This document shows positions 1 to 10,126 of a stretch of 64,000 nt of DNA, piece after piece. Every line of letters begins with the position of its first letter. Position 1 is the first letter of the stretch. The translations under genes and the position numbers were made by a program. Origin of the DNA: Candidatus Staskawiczbacteria bacterium (GTDB lineage Bacteria > Patescibacteriota > Minisyncoccia > Minisyncoccales > Staskawiczbacteraceae). Under the pieces are notes generated by a model. It made no database searches, was not told the DNA's origin, and was given only the letters and a program-made list of their open reading frames with translations. The stretch covers positions 16,920 to 80,919 of the forward strand of contig CAILLM010000002.1 in the NCBI GenBank assembly GCA_903835075.1, written 5' to 3'.

Positions 1-31
1 TCGGGCACTTAACCCGAGTTGCCCGCTTTGT

Positions 32-60
32 AAAAAAAAGACCAAGGTATTTGCCTTGGT
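32..60 (-). terminator. Rho-independent terminator after the ATP-grasp gene
   Basis: Hairpin accaagg/ccttggt (41-60) adjacent to an A8 run on the + strand (a T-run on the - strand), just past the stop at 73. Confidence 0.55.
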
Positions 61-72
61 TTGCAGTAGGGG

Positions 73-1143
73 CTATTTGCCCATGCTTTTTAAAACTTCG
101 AGGTATAGTGCCTCGACAATTTTCTCTTGAGCTTTACCAGACCTGGCGTAATGATCAAGCCCTGGCGCCGAATTTATTTCCAAAACCCAGTATTTGCCGG
201 GTTTTTTGGTTATGTCATCAGCAATCATCAAGTCAACGCCACAAAGACGTAGCCCCATGTCTTTAGTCAGTCTGGTTGCAATGCGACGAAACTCTGGGTG
301 CATCGTGGACGTGACATCCACCGAGTCTCCGCCCGTTGAGAGGTTGGCGTTGTCCAGCAGATAAACTCTCTCGCCTTTTTTGGGGACGGAATCTAAGTTC
401 ATCTTCTGACGTTTCAACTTCTCTAGCATCCGTGGATCATCTATTTTGATTTTGGTGTCTCGGCTAGATGCAACAAATTCTTTTTGCTTTTTGCGAAGCA
501 ACTGCCCAATGGTTGAAGTGCCGTTTCCAATAACGTTTAGCGGGATGCGCTGATAAGCAGAAATAACCCTGTTGTCTAAAACAACTATGCGGTAATCTTT
601 GCCTTTTACAGGTCTTTGGACAATTGCAATCCTGTCGCGCTTGAATATGTCGCGCATTGCCCTGTAAAACTCGCGTTTGTTGCTAACCAGAGCAACGCCA
701 GATCCCTGGCTGCCACCGTTTGGCTTCACAATGACTGGGAAACCCAAGTGAAGGGCATGTTTGTATGCCGCATCGATGTCTCGTCCAGTTTTTGCAATCG
801 CTTTTCCCCAAATATCAGAGTAAAAAGTTTTTCCTCCTGGAATAATGGGATAACCCATTGCTTTCATGAAGAAGTTCGCATAGTCTTTGTCGCGGGCTAT
901 TTCAGAGGCTCCAAGAGAGTTCAAGTCAAGGCTTGAATATCTGAAATATCTTTTTTTCCCATTTTTATAGACAATTTGGCCGACGATTTTCCATTTTGGC
1001 TCCATTGTAACAACAGCCCCAATGCGAGGGGCAATTTTCTGAAGTAGCCGTCCAACGAGTGGCGTAGTATCTTTTTTTACTTTTCTTTTCATGGCGGGTT
1101 CCTTTTGTTTGTCAAAGAGTGTCTGTCGCGCTTTATAATACAC
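73..1143 (-). CDS. ATP-grasp family ligase (RimK/cyanophycin-synthetase-like)
   Basis: 356-aa ORF. Gly-rich loop KPNGGSQGSGV and C-terminal VLEINSAPGLDHY are typical of the ATP-grasp fold. Visibly higher G+C than neighbouring genes. Confidence 0.7.
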   Translation of the reverse strand: MYYKARQTLFDKQKEPAMKRKVKKDTTPLVGRLLQKIAPRIGAVVTMEPKWKIVGQIVYKNGKKRYFRYSSLDLNSLGASEIARDKDYANFFMKAMGYPIIPGGKTFYSDIWGKAIAKTGRDIDAAYKHALHLGFPVIVKPNGGSQGSGVALVSNKREFYRAMRDIFKRDRIAIVQRPVKGKDYRIVVLDNRVISAYQRIPLNVIGNGTSTIGQLLRKKQKEFVASSRDTKIKIDDPRMLEKLKRQKMNLDSVPKKGERVYLLDNANLSTGGDSVDVTSTMHPEFRRIATRLTKDMGLRLCGVDLMIADDITKKPGKYWVLEINSAPGLDHYARSGKAQEKIVEALYLEVLKSMGK

Positions 1144-1263
1144 TATTTTTTATTTTTAGCAAGGTCTGTTGTCCTGAAAAACGCTATGGCATTTTGTCTG
1201 GAATTGATATATAAATATAGTTGAGGATAATAAAAAATATAATTAATTTAAAATAAAAATAAT

Positions 1264-2082
1264 ATGGAACAAGAAACAAGAAATTTATTAAATAAAACTT
1301 TTATGTTGGTACAAGTTTTAGTTGTGGGTGTTTTAGTTTTTTTGGTAGCACAAATTATTTTCCAAAATCAATTATTGCAACAACAAAATGCTTATCAAAT
1401 AACAGTTTCTGGTGAAGGGAAAGTTTATGCTAAGCCCGATGTTGCCACGGTGAGTTTGGGCGTTACAGCACAGGGCAAAACAGTTGCTGAAGCTACAAAA
1501 AATGGCACAGATAAAATGAATACTGTTATTGATGCAATTAAGAAGTTGAAAGTTGATGCAAAAGACATCCAAACAACAAATTATAGCTTAACGCCAGTAT
1601 ATGAAAATTATACTACCCCAATTGCTGTACCCATGATTTATCCTGGAAACGTTAGTAGTGGCAGTAGCACTATTAAAACAGGCTCAACAGTTACAGGTTA
1701 TAGGTTAGACCAAAATGTTCAAGTAAAAATAAGAGATTTTACAAAAGTAGGAGATATTTTATCTCAATCAACAGCAACTGGTGCTAATGTGGTTGGAGAT
1801 TTGCAATTCACCATTGATAACCCAGAGCAATTTAGAGAGCAAGCAAGGGCAACCGCCATCAAACAAGCAAAAGCTAATGCAAATAATTTAGCCAAAGAAT
1901 CAGGTATCAATTTGGGCAAAATAATTAATGTTTATGAAGGGTATAATCCTTCTCCAGTAATGTATAATTCATTATCCAAAAGCTCGGGAATGGGTGCGTC
2001 AGATGCAGTTTCCGTACCAGCAATCCAGCCTGGCCAACAAGAAATTGATGTAACTATTAATTTAACTTACCAAGTTAAATAA
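1264..2082 (+). CDS. SIMPL/DUF541 domain secreted protein
   Basis: 272-aa ORF with an N-terminal TM/signal segment. The C-terminal QPGQQEIDVTINLTYQV pattern is typical of the SIMPL (26-kDa periplasmic immunogenic protein) family. Confidence 0.7.
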   Translation: MEQETRNLLNKTFMLVQVLVVGVLVFLVAQIIFQNQLLQQQNAYQITVSGEGKVYAKPDVATVSLGVTAQGKTVAEATKNGTDKMNTVIDAIKKLKVDAKDIQTTNYSLTPVYENYTTPIAVPMIYPGNVSSGSSTIKTGSTVTGYRLDQNVQVKIRDFTKVGDILSQSTATGANVVGDLQFTIDNPEQFREQARATAIKQAKANANNLAKESGINLGKIINVYEGYNPSPVMYNSLSKSSGMGASDAVSVPAIQPGQQEIDVTINLTYQVK

Positions 2083-2086
2083 AAAT

Positions 2087-2890
2087 ATGAAAAAAATTTA
2101 TTTATTGGTTATAGTATTGTTAGTTTTGTTAGCAACACTCACGATAAATTTATATTTTTTAAGTAAAAAAGTTATTGCGCCCATTGTCCCAGTTACAAGT
2201 TGTATACAGGCGGGAGAAATTTATCAAAGCCCTGCTGTTTCGGGAGTTAAGAAAGGAAAATGTTGTAGTGGACTAACCGTGATCGAGCAAGCCACAAACC
2301 CAGATTGTGAACAAGCCAAACTTGCCGGAGGACAGGACTCTATATGTTCTGCGTGCGGCAACGGAAGGTGTGAACAATGGGAAAACAAATGTAATTGTCC
2401 TCAAGATTGTAACAATAATTGTGCAAAAGAGGGAGAAGGTGTTGGGGGAAGCGCAGTAGGAAGCAAGCAAAATTGTTGCCAGGGTTTGAAAGCAATGTCT
2501 GGGTTTGAATATAACGGTGGGTGTTCTGACATAAGGGTGCCTGGAAGCGCTGTTATTTGTAGTAGTAAGTGCGGAAATGGGATTTGTGAATCTTGGGAAA
2601 ATGGATGCAACTGTCCCTCAGATTGCCAAAAAATAGGAAATGGCTTACGAATTCCAAAAAATAATGCCGAGTTACAGTCATGTGTTCATGATTTTGACTG
2701 TTTAGTAGTTGAGGCTAAAACATGTTGTGGATGTTTTGAAGTGATAAATGGTATATATGATACATATTGGAATTCTTTGCAGTCTGAAAAGTGCGTCGTA
2801 AGCACTGCTTGCCCCGTATGTAAATATAACCTTGGTAATTCTAAGGGTGTTTGTATAAATAATGTTTGCCAAGTTAAGTCTAAGTGGTAA
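2087..2890 (+). CDS. Secreted cysteine-rich repeat protein
   Basis: N-terminal signal/TM segment. Two internal modules end in CGNGRCEQWENKCNCPQDC and CGNGICESWENGCNCPSDC, followed by a further Cys-rich C-terminal module. Confidence 0.65.
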   Translation: MKKIYLLVIVLLVLLATLTINLYFLSKKVIAPIVPVTSCIQAGEIYQSPAVSGVKKGKCCSGLTVIEQATNPDCEQAKLAGGQDSICSACGNGRCEQWENKCNCPQDCNNNCAKEGEGVGGSAVGSKQNCCQGLKAMSGFEYNGGCSDIRVPGSAVICSSKCGNGICESWENGCNCPSDCQKIGNGLRIPKNNAELQSCVHDFDCLVVEAKTCCGCFEVINGIYDTYWNSLQSEKCVVSTACPVCKYNLGNSKGVCINNVCQVKSKW

Positions 2891-2901
2891 TCAAAAATTA
2901 T

Positions 2902-3402
2902 ATGGCAGAATATAATCCAAAAAATGAAGATAACAAATGTATTTTTTGCGAAATAGTAGCTGGCAATATTAAAACGCCCGGTGTATTTTGGGAAGATGAA
3001 GAATTTATGGCATTTTTATCAATTGACCCAAATACAAAAGGTTTTTCTTGTGTAATTCCCAAAAAACATTTTAGCAGTGATGTTTTGAAAATGCCTGACA
3101 ACGAATTGCAAAAATTTATTGTTGCCGCTAAAAAGGTTGGCGGAATATTAGAAAATTATTTTGATGACGTGGGACGAGTTGGCCTAATAGTAGAGGGTAT
3201 GGGAATAGATCATGCTCATATAAAGCTTGTTCCTATGCATGGCACAGAGGCTTTTAAAAATAGTGGATGGAAGCAAATTCTTAGTGGAAAACAATTTTGG
3301 TTTGATAAATATGAAGGGTGGATTTCTTCTGGTAGCGGGGCTACGGCTGACCCAGAAGAGCTAAGAAAATTGGCTGAAGACATCAAGCAGAAGGCAGGTT
3401 GA
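2902..3402 (+). CDS. HIT (histidine triad) family protein
   Basis: CIFCEI N-terminal motif and a DHAHIKLVP histidine-triad-like motif. ATG at 2902 preferred over the GTG at 2884 used in the ORF track. Confidence 0.7.
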   Translation: MAEYNPKNEDNKCIFCEIVAGNIKTPGVFWEDEEFMAFLSIDPNTKGFSCVIPKKHFSSDVLKMPDNELQKFIVAAKKVGGILENYFDDVGRVGLIVEGMGIDHAHIKLVPMHGTEAFKNSGWKQILSGKQFWFDKYEGWISSGSGATADPEELRKLAEDIKQKAG

Positions 3403-3457
3403 TTTTTATGTGATTCGTGGTAGTATAAAATCGAAATAGATTCGAGTTATTTTAAAT

Positions 3458-5245
3458 ATGGACTCTCAAATAGAAGAAATAAAAAGTAAGCTTAATGTAT
3501 TGGATATTGTTGGAGGCTATGTTAAGCTTTCAAAAACTGGAATTAACTATCGTGGAATTTGTCCATTTCATTCTGAAAAAGGGCCATCTTTTTTTGTAAG
3601 CCCAGGTAGGCAAATGTGGAAATGTTTTGGTTGTGGAAAAGGTGGAGATATTTTTGAATTTATAAAAGAAATTGAAGGAGTGGAGTTTGGAGATGCCCTA
3701 AGGCTTTTGGCCAATAAAGCAGGAGTTGAATTAAAAAGGGAAAATCCCCAAATAACTAGTGAAAGAAAAAGATTATATGAAATTTGTGATTTGGCAAGTT
3801 CTTTTTTTGAAAAACAATTAGGAAGTTCGGCATATGGCAAAGATGCAAAAGAATATTTATTGAAAAGAGGGATTACCGAAGAAAGTATAAAAAAATGGAG
3901 GCTTGGTTATTCGCCAGACACTTGGCAGGGATTGTCAGATTTTTTAGTGGGCAGGGGATACAACAGGGAGGAAATTGTAAGGGCGGGGCTTGCTGTGCCG
4001 TCTGATAAGGGGAATAACCCATATGATAGATTCCGTGGTAGAATCATTTTCCCAATTTTTGATTTGAATTCTCAGGTTGTTGGTTTTACTGCTAGAATTT
4101 TTAAAGATGCTGATAAAAAAGAAACTGCTAAATATATTAATACTCCCCAAACAATGCTTTATGATAAGAGCAACGTTCTATACGGACTTAATTTCGCAAA
4201 ACTTTCTATTAGAAAGAATAACCAATGCGTATTGACAGAGGGCAATACAGACGCCATAATGTGCCAACAAGCTGGTTTTGAGGACACAGTGGCAGTATCG
4301 GGTACAGCATTAACTGAAAGGCATTTAAACATTTTGAGAAGATATACCGATAATTTAATTTTAGCTTTTGATATGGACTCTGCTGGAGATGCAGCGACAA
4401 AAAAGGGGATTGACTTAGCGATATTGCAAGGTTTTAATATCAAGGTAATACATAGTTATATCGGCGCAAAAGATCCAGCTGAAATAATTTTAGAAAATCC
4501 TAAAATTTGGATTGAATCACTGAAGACTGTTGTAGAGATAATGGATTTTTCTTTTAATTCTGCGCTATCTAAATTTGATAAAAATACTCCACAGGGAAGA
4601 AAAGAGATAAAATTCATACTTTATCCAAGGATAGCTATAATTCCAAATACTATTGAGCAGGCAAAACAATTTCAAAAACTAGCTCAAATATTCAATGTAA
4701 AAGAAGAGGACGTAAGAGCTGATTTTAATGAGTGGAAAAAGAATAATCAAAACAAGGGACAAATAACGACTAGGGTTAGCGTAGAAAAAGTTATACCAAT
4801 TAGCAAAAATAACCCTACAGCAGAGGGGAGAAAAAAACTTTTAGAAGATAAAGTTGTCTCACTAGTTTTAAAAAATCCCGAAAATTTAAATTTAATTGAA
4901 AAATCTCATCACTATCTATTTACAGAAAAAACAAGAAGCTTAATTGAGAATATTAAGGACAGTGCACAAAAAAGAGGTAATGATGCAGAGGCTATTTTTG
5001 TAGATATTAAGAAAGATGAATATAAAGATTTATTAGATGTAATGGCCTTAAAAGCAGAAATAGACTATGAAGATGATGGCGAAGATGAGATTAACCTTTG
5101 CCTTTCTCAGTTAAAAGATATAGAATTGAGAAACAAGTTGACTGAAATTTCAGGGGCAGTAAAATCGGAAGATGACGAAGAAAAGAGAGATGCGCTAATT
5201 AAAGAGTTTACAAAAAACGCTAAAGAATTACATCAAAAAATATAA
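3458..5245 (+). CDS. dnaG: DNA primase
   Basis: 595 aa. Zinc finger [13 protein letters not shown]...[11 protein letters not shown] and a TOPRIM region ([20 protein letters not shown]). Confidence 0.95.
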   Translation: MDSQIEEIKSKLNVLDIVGGYVKLSKTGINYRGICPFHSEKGPSFFVSPGRQMWKCFGCGKGGDIFEFIKEIEGVEFGDALRLLANKAGVELKRENPQITSERKRLYEICDLASSFFEKQLGSSAYGKDAKEYLLKRGITEESIKKWRLGYSPDTWQGLSDFLVGRGYNREEIVRAGLAVPSDKGNNPYDRFRGRIIFPIFDLNSQVVGFTARIFKDADKKETAKYINTPQTMLYDKSNVLYGLNFAKLSIRKNNQCVLTEGNTDAIMCQQAGFEDTVAVSGTALTERHLNILRRYTDNLILAFDMDSAGDAATKKGIDLAILQGFNIKVIHSYIGAKDPAEIILENPKIWIESLKTVVEIMDFSFNSALSKFDKNTPQGRKEIKFILYPRIAIIPNTIEQAKQFQKLAQIFNVKEEDVRADFNEWKKNNQNKGQITTRVSVEKVIPISKNNPTAEGRKKLLEDKVVSLVLKNPENLNLIEKSHHYLFTEKTRSLIENIKDSAQKRGNDAEAIFVDIKKDEYKDLLDVMALKAEIDYEDDGEDEINLCLSQLKDIELRNKLTEISGAVKSEDDEEKRDALIKEFTKNAKELHQKI

Positions 5246-5255
5246 AAAATATTTT

Positions 5256-6461
5256 ATGGCAAAGCAAAAAACAAAAAAGATTAAAAAGGTTCAGAAGCTG
5301 AAAAAGGTCTTAAAGCCCAAAAAAATAATAAAGGCTAAAAAATCAACTGGTAAGCCACACAAAATAGAAAGAGTTTCTAAAAAAAATGTGATTGACCAGG
5401 TGCAACTTGATGCGCTTTTAAAAAAGGGTGAAGAAAGGGGTTTTGTTACAACCTCGGAGATTTTGTATGCTTTTCCTAAAATAGAACATGATATTGAAGG
5501 TTTAGAAAAAGTTTATGATGATTTCAAAGAAAGGGGAGTTCAGGTTAAAGAAATGCAGGAGTTTTTAGAAGTAAAACCAAAAAAAGGAGCAAAAGGAGCA
5601 AAAGCTAAAAAACCCTTGATTGGAAAAATTGATCCAATCCAAATGTATTTGAAAGAAATTGGAAAGTCGAGCTTTTTGTCGGCACGTGAAGAAAAAGAAT
5701 TAGCAAAAAGAATTGAGGCTGGTGATGAAGATGCAAAAAATAGGTTAGCCTTGGCAAATTTAAGATTAGTTGTTTCTATTGCCAAGAAATATGTGGGAAG
5801 GTCGCCAAACTTAACAATGCTAGACTTAATTCAAGAAGGAAATTTAGGTCTTTTTAAGGCAGTTAAAAAGTTTGATTGGAGGCGAGGATACAAATTTTCA
5901 ACTTATGCAACTTGGTGGATTAGACAATCTATTACTAGAGCCTTGGCTGACCAGGCCAGAACAATTAGAATTCCCGTGCACATGATTGAAACAATTTCTA
6001 AATACACAAAGGTAAGAAAAAATTTATTGCAGGAATTAGGCAGGGAGCCATTGGCCGAAGAAATTGCTGCTGAAATGGATTTAGATGTGGAAAAAGTACA
6101 TCACATAAGAAAGATTGCGCAAAAAGCAGTATCTTTGGAGACCCCTGTTGGAGAAGACAAAGACAAACAAGATAGTGTTTTGGCTGAGTTTATAAGGGAT
6201 GATAAAACAATTGCGCCAAACACAGAAGCTTCTAGGAAACTTTTGAAAGAAAGATTAAAAGAAATTTCTAGCGAGTTGACTCCAAGGGAATTGAAAATTT
6301 TAGGGATGAGATTTGGTTTAGATGATGGTGTAATGCATACTTTAGAAGAAACAGGGGAAGAGTTTGGCGTTACCAGAGAAAGAATCCGTCAAATTCAGGC
6401 AAAAGCTTTAGAGAAGTTGCGCAAACATAAAGAGCTCAAAAAAGTTAAAGATTATTACTAA
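5256..6461 (+). CDS. rpoD: RNA polymerase sigma-70 factor
   Basis: Region 2 [13 protein letters not shown], region 3 and region 4 ([19 protein letters not shown]). Lys-rich N-terminal extension. Confidence 0.95.
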   Translation: MAKQKTKKIKKVQKLKKVLKPKKIIKAKKSTGKPHKIERVSKKNVIDQVQLDALLKKGEERGFVTTSEILYAFPKIEHDIEGLEKVYDDFKERGVQVKEMQEFLEVKPKKGAKGAKAKKPLIGKIDPIQMYLKEIGKSSFLSAREEKELAKRIEAGDEDAKNRLALANLRLVVSIAKKYVGRSPNLTMLDLIQEGNLGLFKAVKKFDWRRGYKFSTYATWWIRQSITRALADQARTIRIPVHMIETISKYTKVRKNLLQELGREPLAEEIAAEMDLDVEKVHHIRKIAQKAVSLETPVGEDKDKQDSVLAEFIRDDKTIAPNTEASRKLLKERLKEISSELTPRELKILGMRFGLDDGVMHTLEETGEEFGVTRERIRQIQAKALEKLRKHKELKKVKDYY

Positions 6462-6481
6462 CCTGTCTGCCGGCAGGATAA

Positions 6482-6505
6482 AAAAATCCCCGAAAGGGGA
6501 TTTTT
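6482..6505. terminator. Bidirectional terminator between convergent rpoD and the hydrogenase-like gene
   Basis: aaaaatcccc-gaaa-ggggattttt hairpin flanked by A and T runs. Confidence 0.7.
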
Positions 6506-6520
6506 ATTTTTTGGTTTGGT

Positions 6521-7375
6521 TTAAAATTCTGTTATTAAATTTATATCTTGTGCATCTTCTATTTTACCTCTGTGTGAGCCCATAGTATCTTCTGATGAGC
6601 GATGTGTATACTCAAAAATTATTTTTTTTCTTTCATCTATAGAGAAGTCTTGATGATTTATAGCGGGCCCTCCAATACACCCGCCGTTACAATTAAGTAA
6701 GTCTAAAAATTTGTATAACTTCGAGCCTGATTTTATTTCTTCAAGTGCTTTTTTGATATTTTCTATGCCATCTGTAACAAGAATTTCTCCTTCTTTAAAA
6801 AATTTTTGGATATGGGATGTGGCAGCTAATCCCCCAGAAATAGGATAAATTTTTGTGTATTCACTTATTAATGAGTCAAAGTAGTAATTTCCATTGAAGT
6901 TTTCTTCTTTAATGCCATTTTTTTCAAAGATTTGTTTTAAATCTTTTAAGTTTATTACAGCATCTATTTCTTCGTGTTTCGGCGCCTCAAGCGTCTCTTT
7001 GGCAAAACATGGTGAAATGAAAATAATTTTGCAATTAGGGTTAAATTTTTTGTAAATTTTTGCCATTGCTACCATTGGGGAAACAATTGGCATAAGATAC
7101 TTTGTAAATTCTGGGTACTGGTTTTTTATAAAAGCAACAACCGTGGGACAGGGAGTAGAAATAAATAATTCCTGCGAGGGGTTATCTTTTATATAATTTT
7201 CATAAGCCCAATTTACCATTTTGGCACCAAAAGTTAGCTCAGTGACTTCTTCAAATCCTAGCGCGCGCAACATTCCGATAATATTGGGATATTTGAAATC
7301 AATAGCAAAAGTTGGCGCCAGCATTGCCACTGCCGTATTGTTTTTTATTAGTTCAATTTTTTGTTGTAACTCCAT
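6521..7375 (-). CDS. [FeFe]-hydrogenase large-subunit C-terminal-domain-like protein (H-domain only)
   Basis: 284 aa. Motifs resemble H-cluster L1/L2/L3: STPCPTVV, ISPCFAKE, LLNCNGGCIGGP. Confidence 0.6.
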   Translation of the reverse strand: MELQQKIELIKNNTAVAMLAPTFAIDFKYPNIIGMLRALGFEEVTELTFGAKMVNWAYENYIKDNPSQELFISTPCPTVVAFIKNQYPEFTKYLMPIVSPMVAMAKIYKKFNPNCKIIFISPCFAKETLEAPKHEEIDAVINLKDLKQIFEKNGIKEENFNGNYYFDSLISEYTKIYPISGGLAATSHIQKFFKEGEILVTDGIENIKKALEEIKSGSKLYKFLDLLNCNGGCIGGPAINHQDFSIDERKKIIFEYTHRSSEDTMGSHRGKIEDAQDINLITEF

Positions 7376-7379
7376 TGAT

Positions 7380-7508
7380 TTAAAATCCCCAAGATTTTAC
7401 CATTGACCAGATAACAATTAAAAAAATAATTATATAAAGTACAACAAGGTGCCAAGCTGGCACTGATAGAAATGTAAGCGCTGTAATTAAGATGTCTCCG
7501 ATTGCCAT
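7380..7508 (-). CDS. Small hydrophobic peptide (42 aa), hand-translated
   Basis: ATG overlaps the upstream TAA (TAATG coupling). Sequence MAIGDILITALTFLSVPAWHLVVLYIIIFLIVIWSMVKSWGF. Below the ORF-track cutoff. Confidence 0.35.
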   Translation of the reverse strand: MAIGDILITALTFLSVPAWHLVVLYIIIFLIVIWSMVKSWGF

Positions 7509-7822
7509 TATTTTATTGTACTTGATTTAATAAAGTTTCCCCAAATAAAATTGAAAAAAGTTTTTGCTTGGTCTAAGTAATAATTTGCTGGAGTCAATAT
7601 CCAATCAAAGCTTTGATTCCATTTGTCTACGTTTACAGAAACTCCAAAAGGAGATAATATTTTATCTACATCAAATCCGAAATATCTTTGCAAAACATAA
7701 ATTAACCCTAAAATTAACAAAATACCAATAGCAATTTTGATAATAGGGCTTACTATAAATTTTATTAAAAATACAACAATAGCAATTACTACAACTATTT
7801 CTATGATAGATGTAAGATCCAT
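7508..7822 (-). CDS. Small membrane protein, unknown function
   Basis: 104 aa with two N-terminal hydrophobic helices. Same strand and compact spacing with neighbours. Confidence 0.5.
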   Translation of the reverse strand: MDLTSIIEIVVVIAIVVFLIKFIVSPIIKIAIGILLILGLIYVLQRYFGFDVDKILSPFGVSVNVDKWNQSFDWILTPANYYLDQAKTFFNFIWGNFIKSSTIK

Positions 7823-7891
7823 AATTTTATTTGATTATTAATAATTCTTTATTAATTTTACCACAAAAAGATAAATCAATGCAAAATAAAG

Positions 7892-8881
7892 CTATTGGAC
7901 TGTTTTTTCTGAGATTAATTGGTTGAGTATTTTTTTGACCTCATTCATGCTGGCTTGGTCAATTATGGAAATGGGAATAATTTTTTTTCCCCCTTCGGGC
8001 GATCTGCCGAAGGCAGAAAATTCTTTTTTGATTTTTATAACAGTTTTTTCATCAATCAAGTCACTTTTACTTAAAAATATGTATTCTTTTTTATCTAAAA
8101 GTAAATCTCCATAATTCTCTAGCTCGTGTCTGACGGTTTTATAGTCAAGCAGGGGGTTATTAGAGTCAGCAGAAATAAAATGAAACAAAATCTTTGTACG
8201 CTCTATGTGTTTTAAGAATTTCACGCCAAGCCCCTTGCCTGTTGAGGCGCCCTCTATGAGCCCAGGTATGTCAGCCAGTATTAGGTCGTAATATACGCCC
8301 AAATTTGGCTCTAGGGTGGTAAAAGAATAATTAGCCACCTTTGCTTGCGCTTTAGTAAGTTCGTTTAACAGGCTTGATTTCCCTACGTTTGGTAGGCCTA
8401 CAAAACCTACATCAGCTATCATTTTGAGTTCTAAGTGTAGTTCAAACTTTTCACCTGGTTTTCCTTCTTGAAATTGTCTTGGGCTGGTGTTGATTGCACT
8501 TCTAAAATACCAATTTCCTTTTCCGCCAATTCCACCCTTTGCAACTAACTCGCGTTGGCCAATTTTTGTGATTTCAATGTCTTTGTTTGTGGTAATATTG
8601 TGGCAAACCGTGCCTACTGGTACATGTAAAATAAAATCATCAGCATTACTACCATCGTGGAGTCCTGATTTCCCGTTTTCTCCATCTGGTGCGTTGTAGT
8701 CTTTTTTAAAACGAAAATGCCTTAAAGCTCCAAGGTCTGCGCATCCTTCCAAAAAAACGCTTCCACCAATTCCACCATTCCCGCCAGTTGGCCCTTTAAC
8801 AAATTTTATTTTACTAAAAGTTGACATGCCCTTTCCACCATGTCCAGCTGAAACAGTAATTTTTACATCATCTACCATCAT
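7892..8881 (-). CDS. obg: GTPase Obg/CgtA
   Basis: Gly-rich Obg fold (GGNGGIGGS, GGIGGKGN) and G domain GLPNVGKSS, DIPGLIEGA. Carries an in-frame GC-rich palindrome at 7992-8013. Confidence 0.93.
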   Translation of the reverse strand: MMVDDVKITVSAGHGGKGMSTFSKIKFVKGPTGGNGGIGGSVFLEGCADLGALRHFRFKKDYNAPDGENGKSGLHDGSNADDFILHVPVGTVCHNITTNKDIEITKIGQRELVAKGGIGGKGNWYFRSAINTSPRQFQEGKPGEKFELHLELKMIADVGFVGLPNVGKSSLLNELTKAQAKVANYSFTTLEPNLGVYYDLILADIPGLIEGASTGKGLGVKFLKHIERTKILFHFISADSNNPLLDYKTVRHELENYGDLLLDKKEYIFLSKSDLIDEKTVIKIKKEFSAFGRSPEGGKKIIPISIIDQASMNEVKKILNQLISEKTVQ

Positions 8882-8888
8882 AGTTTTT

Positions 8889-9161
8889 TTATTTTACGTA
8901 TAAATTGCAAAAGCAATGCCCATCTTTTTCAACCTCATCTTTGTGCCAAATGCAGGGGCAAATCTTTTTTGCATCTTCCTCTTTGTCGCCAGAAACTCTT
9001 CTGCACGGGCAATATTGTGCCCCATGAGTTTCTTCGTTGCGCAAAAGTCCGTCTATAATTCTTTCCACGGTTTTTTCATCGGGGTTTAATTTGAACCCGC
9101 TAGTTTCTGCATGCTCTTGGAATTCTTTTTTTAATTTTTTTACAATTTCTTCTTTTTCCAT
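8889..9161 (-). CDS. Ferredoxin:thioredoxin reductase catalytic-subunit-like protein
   Basis: CPC-x15-CPC-x...-HCFC cysteine pattern (YCPCRRV...ICPCIWH...GHCFCNLY). Confidence 0.7.
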   Translation of the reverse strand: MEKEEIVKKLKKEFQEHAETSGFKLNPDEKTVERIIDGLLRNEETHGAQYCPCRRVSGDKEEDAKKICPCIWHKDEVEKDGHCFCNLYVK

Positions 9162-9490
9162 TATTTTGTTTCTTTAATTGTATTTTCTACCCACTCTTTT
9201 ATGGAATTTTCAGGTATTAATCCTACAAAATTATTTACTTGTTTCCCATTTTTAAACATAAAAACTGAAGGAATTTTTTCTACATCAAATTTTTGTGAAG
9301 TAGCGGGGAACTCATCTACATTAATTTTCCACAAAACAACATTTTCCTTAAAATGTTCAGCTACTTTTTCTAAGATTGGGCCTAAAACTTGGCATGGCCC
9401 GCACCATGTAGCAAAAAAATCTACTAAGACAAATTTGTCTGTGGCGCCAAGCTCTTCTTCAAAATTTTTATCAGTTATATTTTGTGTCAT
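9161..9490 (-). CDS. trxA: Thioredoxin
   Basis: WCGPC active site, 109 aa. Confidence 0.92.
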   Translation of the reverse strand: MTQNITDKNFEEELGATDKFVLVDFFATWCGPCQVLGPILEKVAEHFKENVVLWKINVDEFPATSQKFDVEKIPSVFMFKNGKQVNNFVGLIPENSIKEWVENTIKETK

Positions 9491-9499
9491 TTTTTTAAT

Positions 9500-10126
9500 T
9501 TAATTTATATCGTTTAATAATATTTGGTGGTCTTTCTTAAACCATTTTAAACAAATGTGATAAATGCCAAACGTTATAAAGTATGCGGCCATTACATCTA
9601 TGGTGTAATGGTAATGCCCAAGCAAGGCTAATATACCTAATATAACAGAAATAGAGACAAATGAATAGCGTAATTTCTTCTCTGGCCAAAAAATTAAAGC
9701 CATTAGAAACGGGAAGCCCACATGCCCTGAAAAAAATAAATCTCCACCCGAGGTAATGCTTTTAAAAATATTTAAGTTTGTGGCAACAATATTTGGGTAA
9801 ATTCCCACGTGAGTCATGGTTATAAAAACAGAACGAATCAAAATAAAAACAGAAGTGCTTTTTAGTATAAAAAGCATTCTTTGAGGCTTAATTAAACATA
9901 GAATTATTATAAAAATAATTACGGCAAAAAAGCCATAAACAAAAATATCGGCTACATTAAAAATTGGGATATTGCTTAAAATTATGTCTGTGACAGCATT
10001 GCTTTGTTTATCGGTGGCATAGTCTGAGGCAAAATATTCAACAACCAAGCTTACAAATAAAAAAACTATTCCCGTAACAAGGGAATAAGCAAAATATTTG
10101 TTTGTTAAATATTTTTTATGAATCAT
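9500..10126 (-). CDS. PAP2_C/sphingomyelin-synthase-like membrane phosphatase-fold protein
   Basis: Polytopic membrane protein with SGH (FFSGHVGFP) and HYHYTIDV motifs. Confidence 0.5.
   Translation of the reverse strand: MIHKKYLTNKYFAYSLVTGIVFLFVSLVVEYFASDYATDKQSNAVTDIILSNIPIFNVADIFVYGFFAVIIFIIILCLIKPQRMLFILKSTSVFILIRSVFITMTHVGIYPNIVATNLNIFKSITSGGDLFFSGHVGFPFLMALIFWPEKKLRYSFVSISVILGILALLGHYHYTIDVMAAYFITFGIYHICLKWFKKDHQILLNDIN

Noticed and set aside
616-936. Antisense or shadow ORFs inside long genes. Examples: 616-936, 13251-13577, 24313-24822, 29086-29544, 42686-43225, 45341-45754, 30655-31029
   Set aside because: Each lies fully within, and opposite or out of frame to, a gene with strong family motifs. 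They have low-complexity or odd composition and lack promoter or RBS signals. Treated as non-coding shadows.
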